Source: an uncultured Planctomycetia bacterium | GTDB taxonomy: Bacteria > Omnitrophota > Gorgyraeia > JABMRG01 | Assembly (NCBI GenBank): GCA_964634945.1 | Contig: CAZWMG010000009.1 | Location: forward strand, 1,954 to 65,953 | Reading direction: 5' to 3' | DNA: 64,000 nt | Shown here: positions 46,960 to 56,294 of the stretch, piece by piece | Numbering within the stretch: position 1 is the stretch's first letter | How the letters are laid out: each line of letters begins with the position of its first letter | Notes under the pieces: generated by a model | What the model was told of the DNA's origin: nothing | Databases searched by the model: none | What the model saw: only the letters and a program-made list of their open reading frames with translations | Translations under genes and position numbers: made by a program

Positions 46960-47588
46960 AGCTTGTCCATTGTTACCACATCAAAGCCTTTCTGTTCAAG
47001 CATGGGCATTACATCTTTAAGCGCGCTCACTGTATTATGCCTGGGCGCACCTATCCTTGTGTTTCGTCCATCATGTAGAAGAATTATTGAACCGTCACTT
47101 ACCTTTTCGATTATTATATCCACTATCGACTGGGCGGGCGGGTTCTTCCAATCCATAGAAGAACAGGCCATGTCCCATAGAACAAGCTGATACCCCTTTT
47201 CTCTTATTATCGCCTCCACTGTCTTGTTGTATTCTCCATACGGCGGACGAAAATATTTAGGCTTGATGCCTAATACAGATTGAAATATATCTTCAGAGAT
47301 TTCGATCTGAGATAATATCTGCTCCTTGGTGAGTGTATTTAGATGAGGATGGTCATAGGTATGATTGCCTATTAAATGGCCTTGGGCCTGTACGCTAAGC
47401 GCTATATCCGGCTGGCGCTCTATGTTCATTGCCGGAAAGAAAAATAGAGCCTTTTTCTTATGCTTTTCAAGGATATCGAGAATCTGGAGAGTATATTCTC
47501 CATTAGGGCCATCGTCAAAGGTAAGAGCAACTTTCTTGACAAGGGAGTTCATAAATAATATTGTAAGGCATCCTAATTCTTTAGTCAA
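46938..47588 (-). CDS. Polysaccharide deacetylase (NodB homology domain)
   Basis: TFDDGP (motif 1), H..DHP (motif 2: GNHTYDHPHL), RPPYG (motif 3), LLHD (motif 5). Confidence 0.85.
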   Translation of the reverse strand: MTKELGCLTILFMNSLVKKVALTFDDGPNGEYTLQILDILEKHKKKALFFFPAMNIERQPDIALSVQAQGHLIGNHTYDHPHLNTLTKEQILSQIEISEDIFQSVLGIKPKYFRPPYGEYNKTVEAIIREKGYQLVLWDMACSSMDWKNPPAQSIVDIIIEKVSDGSIILLHDGRNTRIGAPRHNTVSALKDVMPMLEQKGFDVVTMDKLCKKPKE

Positions 47589-47600
47589 TAAAAAAACAAT

Positions 47601-47650
47601 TCAAGACCGGTTCTCAAGCACAACCGATCGTGCTTGAGAACCGGTCTTGA
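47601..47650. repeat. 50-bp perfect palindrome (21-bp stem, 8-nt loop), copy 1; a probable terminator of the 47801-50356 gene
   Basis: tcaagaccggttctcaagcac aaccgatc gtgcttgagaaccggtcttga, followed on the minus strand by attgtttttttattg. A near-identical copy lies at 52079-52126. Confidence 0.7.
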
Positions 47651-47800
47651 AGCTATATTTGTAATTGCTTATACCTCTACCTTTCCAGCGCAGGCCTTTT
47701 TGTTGCTGCTAAGGCTTTTTTAAGGAACGTAAAAAATGAGGGACGGACCCAATTAAGGACCCGTCCCCCTGGCAACTGTTCAACTCTATGCTTATTAAGC

Positions 47801-50356
47801 TTATGCCGCTATCAATGCCGCTAAAGCCTGTCTATGTAGCTGCTCATAATATGCCTCGTCTATGGCAACCGGCATAGGTAAGTCAAGAATGAAAACCGAA
47901 TTCTTCAAAAATGCCTCCAGTAATTTCGGAGACAAAGGAGACTTTGTTATAAATCTATACATCTGCGATATTATTCCGTTTAACACAGGTTTAGTGTCCT
48001 GGCTGTAACCTAATAACCCCTTCGCTAGAACAATGACCTGTTCTAATGGCAGGTATCCGTCCTGTGTAACCGATTGTATATCTATACGCCGCGATATATC
48101 TTCAACGGATTTGCTCGATATGACTATGGTATGGCCTTTACCACCTATTTTAGCATTGTATTGGCTCAAAAGCCTGACCTGGCAACCAAGTTTTGTCTGA
48201 AGCGCTTCCAGGTATGGGTTTGACTTATCAAGCATAGTAAGGAGTATTTTCTGATTAGCTGGTATATCTTTATCATTTATAACTATTGTACCTGTTGTCT
48301 CTGGAAGCAACGCGTCTTCGGCAACAATACTCTGTACCGCGGTCATTGTGTCAAGTGATGCCTGGACCTGACTAGCCTGCTCTGCCACAGCTATAGCAGC
48401 ATCCGGAGACAGACTCTTTATCTCTTCAAGTTTATTAATGGTCTCCTTGCATGCCCCTATCTGCCTTAACAGCATATCTGCATTAAGCTCAGGCATTGTG
48501 TTGGCACCTGTAAAAGCATATGTTGAACCAGAAAGATATGCCATGGCCTTTGCTATATCTTTTTCATAACCTGCTGAAGATTGCTTGATTGTTTGTTGTG
48601 CATCAAGACTTATTATCGTATTTTCAAGGCGAATTTTTTCTAATTCTACTCGAATTATTTCTTTTTCCAGCTCGACAACTTTAGCATCTGTTATGCTGCT
48701 GCCCTTTACATCGGTGTTGCGTGTTGGTTGGCCATTCACTGTTTCCTTTGCTCCACGGTCATTCGTTTTCGCCGCTAAAAGGTCTTTCTGCAAGTCTGTA
48801 AGCTTACCCTCTGCATTGGCAAGCCTACTTTGAGCAACTAAGAGTTTCGCATTATTGATTTTACTCAGGTCTACATTCATATCAGATAAGCTGTCAAATA
48901 GTCCGCTTGCTGCGTTATAACTATCTCGATCAAGACTACTAACTGCTGATGTAGCATCACTTATATCTCTAGGTTGTATCTGAGCGCCGATGTTAATAGC
49001 GTTATCAATAATTGTTTTCATACGATCAGCATCATTTGTACTAATAGTGCCTTCTGCTGCCATATTATCAAACATGCCCCTAGCCTCAGACCTTATCTCT
49101 ATTAATCTTTCAACAGCTGCTTCACGTACAGCAAGTTCCGGAGATTGCCACTGCGAAATAAGAATTAATACGGCTTCTTCATCAACCTTGAGGCCGCTAG
49201 AGGATGTCTTGACTAATGATTCTGACTTTGCAAGCATCTCTATGGCCTGCTCAAAACTAGCTATATATGATTGCGCTTGACCTATAGCCTGTCCAAGTTC
49301 TGCAATAACATTTGGATCCTTGTTTTCTTCTCGAAGCGCCGCTTCCAAGGCTTCCAACTCAGAAACTGTATCTTGGATCTGCAACGCAAATACGGTTTCA
49401 GGGTCTTTGCCATTAGCCTTGAGGTTATCTGTTATAGAATGAAAGATACCTGTAATAAACATACGTCTTACTTGATCAGTTGCTTCACTAATGCTCTTAA
49501 CGAGCAATGGTATAGCGTTAATGCCTTTTCCTTCTATATTTCTAGCAGTCTTTACAAGAAGCCACATAGATGTTTTTGGATCCAGGAATCGCTCAATCAT
49601 GCGGTCAAGATCTGCATCCGCATACAAATAACCGCTTGATGAAGTCTTTTCTAATATATCGCTGGGTAATATCTTTTGCATAGTTATCTCTATAGATGCC
49701 TGTAATATCGGATCAATCTCATTATCGCGAAGTATCTCAAGGTCAGGCAGCATCATCTCTGCAGCAGGGCCCATTTCTGATAATCTCCTCAGGGCATCTT
49801 GCAGGATATATGGATTGCCGCTTTCCTTATACTCTTCTAACTGAGGAGATATAGCTACTAACGCTTCGGTTATACCGGCAGATGAGGTCCTTGAAACCTG
49901 AAGAAGATTTTCAATAGATTCTCTCGGAGGCAATCCTACAAATACGCCAAGTTGGGTGGAGAGTGGCTCATTTTTGCTTATAACATCTGATATCGCGCCG
50001 GATTTATCGCTGGCTGACATAACCACCAAAAACTCTGATTTATCCGAATTATCAGTAAATGAGACTAGATATACAGGCATATTCGCTGAAGGGATATCAA
50101 GTTTTTGCGCGTTCTCAGGAATATCGCCGTCTTTTAGTGCCTTAGCTGCTCTAGCCATGCTATCCATACTACTAAGGCGAGCCTGATAAGCGTCATGCTC
50201 CGGCAGAGCAGGCTCATACCCAGGTTGCCTTACAGCAAGGTTTGCGATAGCGCAAGGCGCTATCTGTTCAGGCTGGTATACAGCGCTCGCGCTGAATACA
50301 AATATGCCTATCAGGAAACATACCTGCAACATAATGACAAATTTAGCGTTCTTCAT
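47801..50356 (-). CDS. Large secreted/periplasmic protein (851 aa), signal peptide then predominantly alpha-helical/coiled-coil; function unknown
   Basis: N-terminus MKNAKFVIMLQVCFLIGIFVFSASA is a Sec signal. It has long heptad-like stretches (e.g. LEKEIIRVELEKIRLENTIISL) and no motifs I recognise. Confidence 0.6.
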   Translation of the reverse strand: MKNAKFVIMLQVCFLIGIFVFSASAVYQPEQIAPCAIANLAVRQPGYEPALPEHDAYQARLSSMDSMARAAKALKDGDIPENAQKLDIPSANMPVYLVSFTDNSDKSEFLVVMSASDKSGAISDVISKNEPLSTQLGVFVGLPPRESIENLLQVSRTSSAGITEALVAISPQLEEYKESGNPYILQDALRRLSEMGPAAEMMLPDLEILRDNEIDPILQASIEITMQKILPSDILEKTSSSGYLYADADLDRMIERFLDPKTSMWLLVKTARNIEGKGINAIPLLVKSISEATDQVRRMFITGIFHSITDNLKANGKDPETVFALQIQDTVSELEALEAALREENKDPNVIAELGQAIGQAQSYIASFEQAIEMLAKSESLVKTSSSGLKVDEEAVLILISQWQSPELAVREAAVERLIEIRSEARGMFDNMAAEGTISTNDADRMKTIIDNAINIGAQIQPRDISDATSAVSSLDRDSYNAASGLFDSLSDMNVDLSKINNAKLLVAQSRLANAEGKLTDLQKDLLAAKTNDRGAKETVNGQPTRNTDVKGSSITDAKVVELEKEIIRVELEKIRLENTIISLDAQQTIKQSSAGYEKDIAKAMAYLSGSTYAFTGANTMPELNADMLLRQIGACKETINKLEEIKSLSPDAAIAVAEQASQVQASLDTMTAVQSIVAEDALLPETTGTIVINDKDIPANQKILLTMLDKSNPYLEALQTKLGCQVRLLSQYNAKIGGKGHTIVISSKSVEDISRRIDIQSVTQDGYLPLEQVIVLAKGLLGYSQDTKPVLNGIISQMYRFITKSPLSPKLLEAFLKNSVFILDLPMPVAIDEAYYEQLHRQALAALIAA

Positions 50357-50368
50357 TTTAATCTCCTT

Positions 50369-51916
50369 TTATATATTCTGTTTATAGCTTTTTGTATTTT
50401 CTTTTGCTTTTTTAATAAACTTTTCAAATTCAGTCTCTTCATCAAGAAGAACCGATTTATAAGGATTATCCAAATAAAGTTTCTCAACCTTTGGAGTAAC
50501 TACTATATATGATACTTGTCTTTCTTTTAAAAGTTTTGTTATCCCGTCTGTATGAAAACCACCTGATACCAAAACAGCGATATCAGTCTTATTTTTCTTC
50601 ATCTGATCAAGTGTGTTATGAACCAGGATACTATCGCGTTCCTGCGCGATCTTGTAGAACTTTTCTAGATCAGGGATTTTCGACGCTATCTTCCTAAAAG
50701 CCGGGTCGAGCTTATACTGGACCTTGTATTTATTCGCCGCGTCTGATATGAAATTAATAATATAAGACGGGGTAAACTCTCTTTTGTTCTCTCTGTAGTA
50801 TTGCAACGTCTCTTTTGTAAGCTTAAGGGCGAAGAGGTCCTTTAAGACATCGAGCGTGTATGAGAACCTGTCTATATCCCGCTGCGTGCTGTCTGTAAAA
50901 ATCTTATCCTTAAGGCTCGCCTCTATCTGATCTATTTCATTAAAGAGCGCTATATTATTTATCTCAGAATATTGCTTTATGTAGTCAACATATCTATGTA
51001 AGTCCGCGTAATCCGCCTCCATTGCCAAATCCGGCCCCCTTAAAGATATATCTTCAAGAAAACCATAGAATTCAAGGGCGCTTATCTTTTCTGCCTTGAA
51101 AAATAGGCTCTTATCTAATAATTCTGATAAGCTTTTTTTATCAAGTTTATCACCTAAATAATCCAGATACTCTGAGCGCTGGGTATCAACCTCTAAAAAA
51201 TCTATATCTGATTCCTTTTCAAGCACTTCTGTAAGCTTAACAAAGTTCGGGTAATCCCGTTGTTTTAGACTGTATTCTAAAATAAGTTTATTTAAATAGG
51301 CTATGTATGATGTAAAATCCATATCCTCAGCCTTGTAATCCTGGATATTTTTATCGAGTTCAAGCAGCTCCTTTGAATAGGCCTTGAATTTCAGTCTCTC
51401 TAGGATCTCCTTTATATTATTATAATATCTTTCATTATCTGCCTGGCCTTTTAGCGATTCCATATAGGCGTCTACATTCTCCTGGTGCAATTTGGCATCA
51501 TCCGCGCCAAAAAATGAAAAACCGCTATGTTTCATCATATGAGCAAAACCAGCGCCATCAAGCTCTCCGGTCTTTACAAAATATCGGGCAACACTCTCTT
51601 TTATATCGTCATTAGGGCGCTTTGAATAAGGCGCTGTTTCAAGCTGGCCAACAGAGCCTTCTATCGATACTAAATCGAGATTATATTTATCAATAAGTTC
51701 ATTAATTATATTATAGACAGATATCTGCGCGTCATAATTGCAATGCAGATCCTGTATATGAACTACTATTCCGCTGTCGCTACCTACAAAATGGCTATCT
51801 CTGATAGTGCCGTTAGCCTCTGATACCATCTCTCTTATATTATTAATAGACTGTGCATTTGCTGTAGAGGCACATACCATAGATAATAATGTTATAATAC
51901 CTAATATTCTCTTCAT
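50369..51916 (-). CDS. Secreted protein (about 515 aa), function unknown
   Basis: Start is chosen at MKRILGIITLLSMVCASTANA, a signal peptide; the track start is 15 codons upstream. It is preceded by a consensus sigma70 promoter. No family is recognised with confidence. Confidence 0.55.
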   Translation of the reverse strand: MKRILGIITLLSMVCASTANAQSINNIREMVSEANGTIRDSHFVGSDSGIVVHIQDLHCNYDAQISVYNIINELIDKYNLDLVSIEGSVGQLETAPYSKRPNDDIKESVARYFVKTGELDGAGFAHMMKHSGFSFFGADDAKLHQENVDAYMESLKGQADNERYYNNIKEILERLKFKAYSKELLELDKNIQDYKAEDMDFTSYIAYLNKLILEYSLKQRDYPNFVKLTEVLEKESDIDFLEVDTQRSEYLDYLGDKLDKKSLSELLDKSLFFKAEKISALEFYGFLEDISLRGPDLAMEADYADLHRYVDYIKQYSEINNIALFNEIDQIEASLKDKIFTDSTQRDIDRFSYTLDVLKDLFALKLTKETLQYYRENKREFTPSYIINFISDAANKYKVQYKLDPAFRKIASKIPDLEKFYKIAQERDSILVHNTLDQMKKNKTDIAVLVSGGFHTDGITKLLKERQVSYIVVTPKVEKLYLDNPYKSVLLDEETEFEKFIKKAKENTKSYKQNI

Positions 51917-52000
51917 AATATAAGGTGCCTTTTCTGCTGTTCCCATCCTTGTTATATACATTTTCTTACCTTAATATAACATTTTAAAAGTCTTTGATTA

Positions 52001-52029
52001 AGTATACGTTATTTTTCGCTGTATGTCAA
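52001..52029 (-). promoter_or_regulatory. Consensus sigma70 promoter (TTGACA - 17 nt - TATACT) with upstream A-tract repeats, driving the 50369-51916 gene
   Basis: The minus strand reads cTTGACAtacagcgaaaaataacgTATACTtaatc, with -35 at 52029-52024 and -10 at 52006-52001. Upstream is atcacaaaaaa x2, UP-element-like. Confidence 0.55.
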
Positions 52030-52078
52030 GTTTTTTGTGATTTTTTTGTGATTTTTTGTTACATAGGCCTACTACATG

Positions 52079-52126
52079 CAAGACCGGTTCTCAAACACAA
52101 TCGATTGTGCTTGAGAACCGGTCTTG
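52079..52126. repeat. About 48-bp palindrome, copy 2 of the 47601-47650 element, 10 nt downstream of the 1341-aa gene stop
   Basis: caagaccggttctcaaacac aatcgatt gtgcttgagaaccggtcttg. It shares flanking gaagcta with copy 1 and has a self-complementary loop aatcgatt. Confidence 0.7.
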
Positions 52127-52136
52127 AAGCTACAAT

Positions 52137-55100
52137 TTAGAATCTATACTGGCCGCCTAATGTAAGCCCGAAGGTCTCGAGCTTATTCTCAGGGGTCTCT
52201 ATGTTTACACTTCCATTATCAATACGATCCGCTCTTTCAAGATGCTGCAGATCCCAAAAACCGCCAAGATTAATATCAAATTTCTCAGAAAGATTGTAGT
52301 CACATCCACCTTCAGCATGCCATATAGTGCCCTGATCAGAGGTAGTCCTGCCAAGCTCGCTATTGTTTATAGGCACATATACAAGCGGCGCCCAATATCC
52401 GCTGCCATAGAAATTCATATTATTAACCGGCCCTGCCTCGATCCTCGCGCCTAAACCAGCATATGAAACATTGAAATTCTCATCAGCCTCGCCAAGCTGA
52501 GGCACTGTCGTAGATGTTGTAGTGATATTGCCTCTTGAAAATTCTACTCTCCTGTATCCTATATTAACCAGAGGGGCTACTGATAAGTATTTAGACTCAC
52601 TGGTTATTGCCCATCCTATATTAGCGTTAACATCAGCGCCTCTAAAACTCATATCATCTGTCTGGTAAGTACCTCTACCCTCATAATCCCATTTCTCTTC
52701 ATCTGTTAATGTGGTAAATAAGCCTAACCGTAGGCTACCTTCCCAATACTCTCTATCGTAAGCATCAAGGCCTAGATCGCATCTTAAGAGATAGTTATCC
52801 CAATCTGATTCTATTGGGGCTATATCCGCCTCTTCCTTATATTTTGCCCATCCTGTTGATAGCTTTGCTATGAATGTAGCTCCCGGAATAGCCGGGTTTA
52901 ATGGGCCCAGAGGGGTAGGGGTGGCGTTTTCTACATACTCAGAATCACCCTGTCTGTCTGATGGGCCAAAGGTACCTGTATACGCTACCCTTACAATATG
53001 CCTTGTATCAAGCGCGTTGATATCATCGTGCTGTTCAGGGGTATCATAATCATAGCCTACGTAGCTGCCATACATTATCCTTAAATGCTGATCCTGATTG
53101 AGCTGATAATCAAATGAGGCGAATATATTATGGTGGCCGTCAAAATGAGTGCCCTGATCAACAACAAATTCCTTATACAGGTCTCTCTGCCTAGTATATT
53201 GGTACAGGAAGCCAAGTGTAGTATTAGGACATGGTTGATATTCAAACTCAATAGCCTGCGCAGTAGGATTATCATCTATCGCCATGGCGTATTTGTTCTC
53301 ATTATATGTATATTTTAAAGTAATCTTAAGCGGGTCAAACGGAAAATAGGTAAATCGCGCTTTATATATATTATAATACGGATATTCCGGAAGGCCAAAG
53401 GCGGATTGATCATACAAAAAAGGAACCACCCTATCCCATACTATGCCATCCTTATAATAATCACCTACCCATACATTGTTTAAAAGTCCGCGCGGATAAT
53501 CCTTAGGGTCATTAGTAGTCTCAAAGATAGCTAAACCTGAAAAATAATCCGTAAAATCGTACTCCAGGCCTCCTGAAAAAGCGCCTATTGAAGGGTCCTT
53601 GCCTTCTTCTATGGCCACATTCTCAAGCCATATATCATCATAGGCAAAGTAATCCGTAAAGGCGCTATAAGAGCTTTTCGCGTTTATAAGCGGGTCTATA
53701 CCCTGTTTAGTCTTTGGAAGATGCTTGTAAAAAGCCAGTCCTTTAAGGGTCATCTTTTCTGTGGGCTGATAAGTTCCTTCTAATCTGTATACATCTTCTA
53801 TATGCTCATTGCCATCACTATAGACTGTCCTAAAATCAAACCTTGTATCTACATTCTGATCCGGAAACTCCGCTTTCGCGTTAACATTAAAGGCGTTTCT
53901 ACCTATGTCCATTCCGTTTCCAAACATTATCTCTTCGTTTCGAGGATCTATATCCTCGAAATATATATGTTTCGCGTACTCAAACTCTTTTCTTGTAAAT
54001 CTATAGTTACTCAAACCCGGGAAGAATTGATCGCCCATGCTGGCAAAGGATGCCTTAAGCTCATACCTATCTGCTGTCCCACTGGTTAGCGCGATAGGGC
54101 CCTGATTCTTTAAGCCAAAACTTCCAGCGTAACCTGTATAATCGTTATGATATCCACTGGCCTCTTCTGTATTCATATTACTTACGGCAAACTCCCCTAA
54201 TAGCTCTGTATTGTCAAAAAGCCGATAAGACCCGTCTAATGCGCCGAGATTATTCATCGCCTCTAATGACTGGTGGCGCATACCACCTTTAAAGGTATAC
54301 AGGCCTCCGAGTGTAAATCTATCAGATATTGGGGTCTTTACTCTTACCGCGGCCGGTATATTTGTTGCTTGGGTATATTCATCCCATAGGCTTCGCGGTG
54401 TCGCTACTACCATATCAACAGACGCGCCATTGGTAAAATCAGCCTTAAATGACGCTCCGCGAAGAAATGTAAGAAAATCATCATCACTATCCCTTGAGAC
54501 AAATGAGAGATTGCGTACCCATTGCCCCTTCTTTAAAGGCTGTCTTGAACCGTTAAACCCCTCAGGGGCAGAGGTGCCTGTTCTGTTAAATTCTTTACTT
54601 TGCTCATAGCGGTCGAGCCACGCGCCTTCTTCCCACCATACCTTGTTATTGGAAAGGCTCATAGGATCATCTGATGTAAGCGCCTCTTCCTGGCCCGCCA
54701 TCGCGAATACCTTTGCCTTGTAGGGTTCCGAATTATACTCAACCCATAATTTACGTATAGGCACATACATCCTGTCTATCTCTTCTTCCGGCACATTAAA
54801 TGTATTGGTACCCCAATCCGTAAGCCCTGAGTAACGCCCTACGGAGGTCTTATCTTCTTTAACCTTGTTCTCCTCTATACTTACAACATCTCCTCTGTCT
54901 GTCCTGTATGTCTCATTTATTGTACTTCTAACATTTGACCAATACTTATAGTCTATCTCAACATTATCTCCATTTGAGCCTGAGACAGATACCCTCTTTT
55001 TTCCAACAAATGTCCAAGGGTCTATTGTCATCTGACTAAAACCGCTTAATGTATCGGTTATGTGTACATCCATATCCATCTTAAGCCTGGAATATATCGC

Positions 55101-56162
55101 CTTGTCATAACTATTCTGCCTGTCTTTTCCAAAAATATATCTCCAGCTCGTATCTCCGGGCATATTATGATAATCCGCGTTAGCGTCTTTCCATAGAAAG
55201 TCATCTTCAGTCACACCGAATGCCATGCGATACTCACCTCTTATAACAGAAGGCGCGATATGACTGTTTATATTCTCTGTGCCTTCCTGTATTTTACTAT
55301 TTATACCATCTGAGAATTTCTCAAAAAAAGGAAGCTCACATCTAAAGGGCTCTTTCACATAAGGCGCTGGTGAAAGTTTTCTTTCTACGGCAACGGTTGA
55401 GGGATATTTAAGAGTAGCTGAAGGCGCTGGTTCCGGCTTTTTTGTTAATGAAGAAGGGAGTTTTTCACTCGGCTCTGGCCTTGCTGACACATAAGGCTTT
55501 TTGCTTGGTTCTGGTTGGGTTGATGTGTATGGCTTCTTGCTTGGTTCTGGTTGAGTATAGGGCCTCTTGCTTGGTTCTTTTTGAGTTGACGTGTAGGGCC
55601 TTTTGCTTGGTTCAGGTTGAGTATAGGGCCTTTTGCTTGGTTCAGGTTGAGTATAGGGCCTTTTGCTTGGTTCAGGATCTGAATTATTATAATAGGAATC
55701 CCTGCTTGACTGCTGAGCTACAACACGACGTGTTGGCTTATTTATAACAACATCCTGACTTTTCTGAGGCCCTAATGCGGATACAGGCCTCTTTAATGCA
55801 TACTCCTTATAGCTAACCGCGCGATTCATCGCGTCTTTTCTGGCCTGTTGTTTACTCTTGTTAACATGGCCCTTATTTGTCAGCATAGCCCTTGACATCG
55901 CTATTTTTAAACGCGCTTCTTCTGAATTTGGCTGAATTATAAGCGCTCTTTCATATGATTCTATCGCGGATTCATATTGCTTGTCATCAAGATAACCTTT
56001 AGCGCGATCCATATAATATTTGTAAGCGCTCTTATATTGGCACGGCGTAAAAAGTGTCTTCTTGTTTGTTTCAGAGGCACCCGCAAAATCCGATAAGAAC
56101 AAAATAAGCGCTATAAGTATAATTATATATATATTTTTTTTCATTATGTTTTTCCGCCACAC
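52137..56162 (-). CDS. Giant outer-membrane-type protein (1341 aa): signal peptide, TPR region, proline-rich PEPSKRPYTQ repeats, and a ~900-aa beta-barrel-like C-terminal domain ending ...GGQYRF
   Basis: Signal peptide IIILIALILFLSDFAGASE. TPR-like helices (YKYYMDRAKGYLDDKQYESAIESYERALIIQPN). Seven or more copies of PEPSK(R/K)PYT. Then about 900 aa of alternating-hydrophobicity strands rich in Y/G/D/N/T, with a C-terminal aromatic residue (F) typical of OMP barrels. Confidence 0.6.
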   Translation of the reverse strand: MWRKNIMKKNIYIIILIALILFLSDFAGASETNKKTLFTPCQYKSAYKYYMDRAKGYLDDKQYESAIESYERALIIQPNSEEARLKIAMSRAMLTNKGHVNKSKQQARKDAMNRAVSYKEYALKRPVSALGPQKSQDVVINKPTRRVVAQQSSRDSYYNNSDPEPSKRPYTQPEPSKRPYTQPEPSKRPYTSTQKEPSKRPYTQPEPSKKPYTSTQPEPSKKPYVSARPEPSEKLPSSLTKKPEPAPSATLKYPSTVAVERKLSPAPYVKEPFRCELPFFEKFSDGINSKIQEGTENINSHIAPSVIRGEYRMAFGVTEDDFLWKDANADYHNMPGDTSWRYIFGKDRQNSYDKAIYSRLKMDMDVHITDTLSGFSQMTIDPWTFVGKKRVSVSGSNGDNVEIDYKYWSNVRSTINETYRTDRGDVVSIEENKVKEDKTSVGRYSGLTDWGTNTFNVPEEEIDRMYVPIRKLWVEYNSEPYKAKVFAMAGQEEALTSDDPMSLSNNKVWWEEGAWLDRYEQSKEFNRTGTSAPEGFNGSRQPLKKGQWVRNLSFVSRDSDDDFLTFLRGASFKADFTNGASVDMVVATPRSLWDEYTQATNIPAAVRVKTPISDRFTLGGLYTFKGGMRHQSLEAMNNLGALDGSYRLFDNTELLGEFAVSNMNTEEASGYHNDYTGYAGSFGLKNQGPIALTSGTADRYELKASFASMGDQFFPGLSNYRFTRKEFEYAKHIYFEDIDPRNEEIMFGNGMDIGRNAFNVNAKAEFPDQNVDTRFDFRTVYSDGNEHIEDVYRLEGTYQPTEKMTLKGLAFYKHLPKTKQGIDPLINAKSSYSAFTDYFAYDDIWLENVAIEEGKDPSIGAFSGGLEYDFTDYFSGLAIFETTNDPKDYPRGLLNNVWVGDYYKDGIVWDRVVPFLYDQSAFGLPEYPYYNIYKARFTYFPFDPLKITLKYTYNENKYAMAIDDNPTAQAIEFEYQPCPNTTLGFLYQYTRQRDLYKEFVVDQGTHFDGHHNIFASFDYQLNQDQHLRIMYGSYVGYDYDTPEQHDDINALDTRHIVRVAYTGTFGPSDRQGDSEYVENATPTPLGPLNPAIPGATFIAKLSTGWAKYKEEADIAPIESDWDNYLLRCDLGLDAYDREYWEGSLRLGLFTTLTDEEKWDYEGRGTYQTDDMSFRGADVNANIGWAITSESKYLSVAPLVNIGYRRVEFSRGNITTTSTTVPQLGEADENFNVSYAGLGARIEAGPVNNMNFYGSGYWAPLVYVPINNSELGRTTSDQGTIWHAEGGCDYNLSEKFDINLGGFWDLQHLERADRIDNGSVNIETPENKLETFGLTLGGQYRF
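55468..55680. repeat. Tandem 30-33-nt coding repeats (encoding PEPSKRPYTQ units) within the 1341-aa gene
   Basis: gtatagggccttttgcttggttcaggttga occurs three times perfectly (55591-55680), preceded by about four diverged copies. The plus-strand spurious ORF 55442-55747 reflects the same periodicity. Confidence 0.8.
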
Positions 56163-56294
56163 AAAACAAAAAAGGAGTATACACTCAAGCTCCTTTACAA
56201 GTTTGCGTTTTCTCCACCGAGTATATTGTCATATTTAGGATAGCATAAAGAGATACAGGATATCAATAATAATTTTACTATATGTTAATTTTTA

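Noticed and set aside
55442-55747. Tandem repeats considered as a CRISPR array
   Set aside because: The repeats are contiguous with no spacers, lie in frame within a long ORF, and encode a proline-rich peptide repeat. There are no cas genes. The 9-mer TTTGTAAC arrays likewise lack spacers.
52137-56162. The 1341-aa OM protein as the missing PilQ/GspD secretin
   Set aside because: It has no recognisable N0/N1 or secretin-domain signature. The C-terminal aromatic-terminated strand pattern indicates a BAM-type barrel rather than a secretin. I kept it only as a speculative functional analogue.
46938-56162. A PgaA/PgaB-like PNAG export pair (deacetylase plus TPR-porin)
   Set aside because: The two genes are separated by two unrelated giant genes, no GT2 synthase (PgaC) is present, and the barrel domain is far larger than PgaA's.
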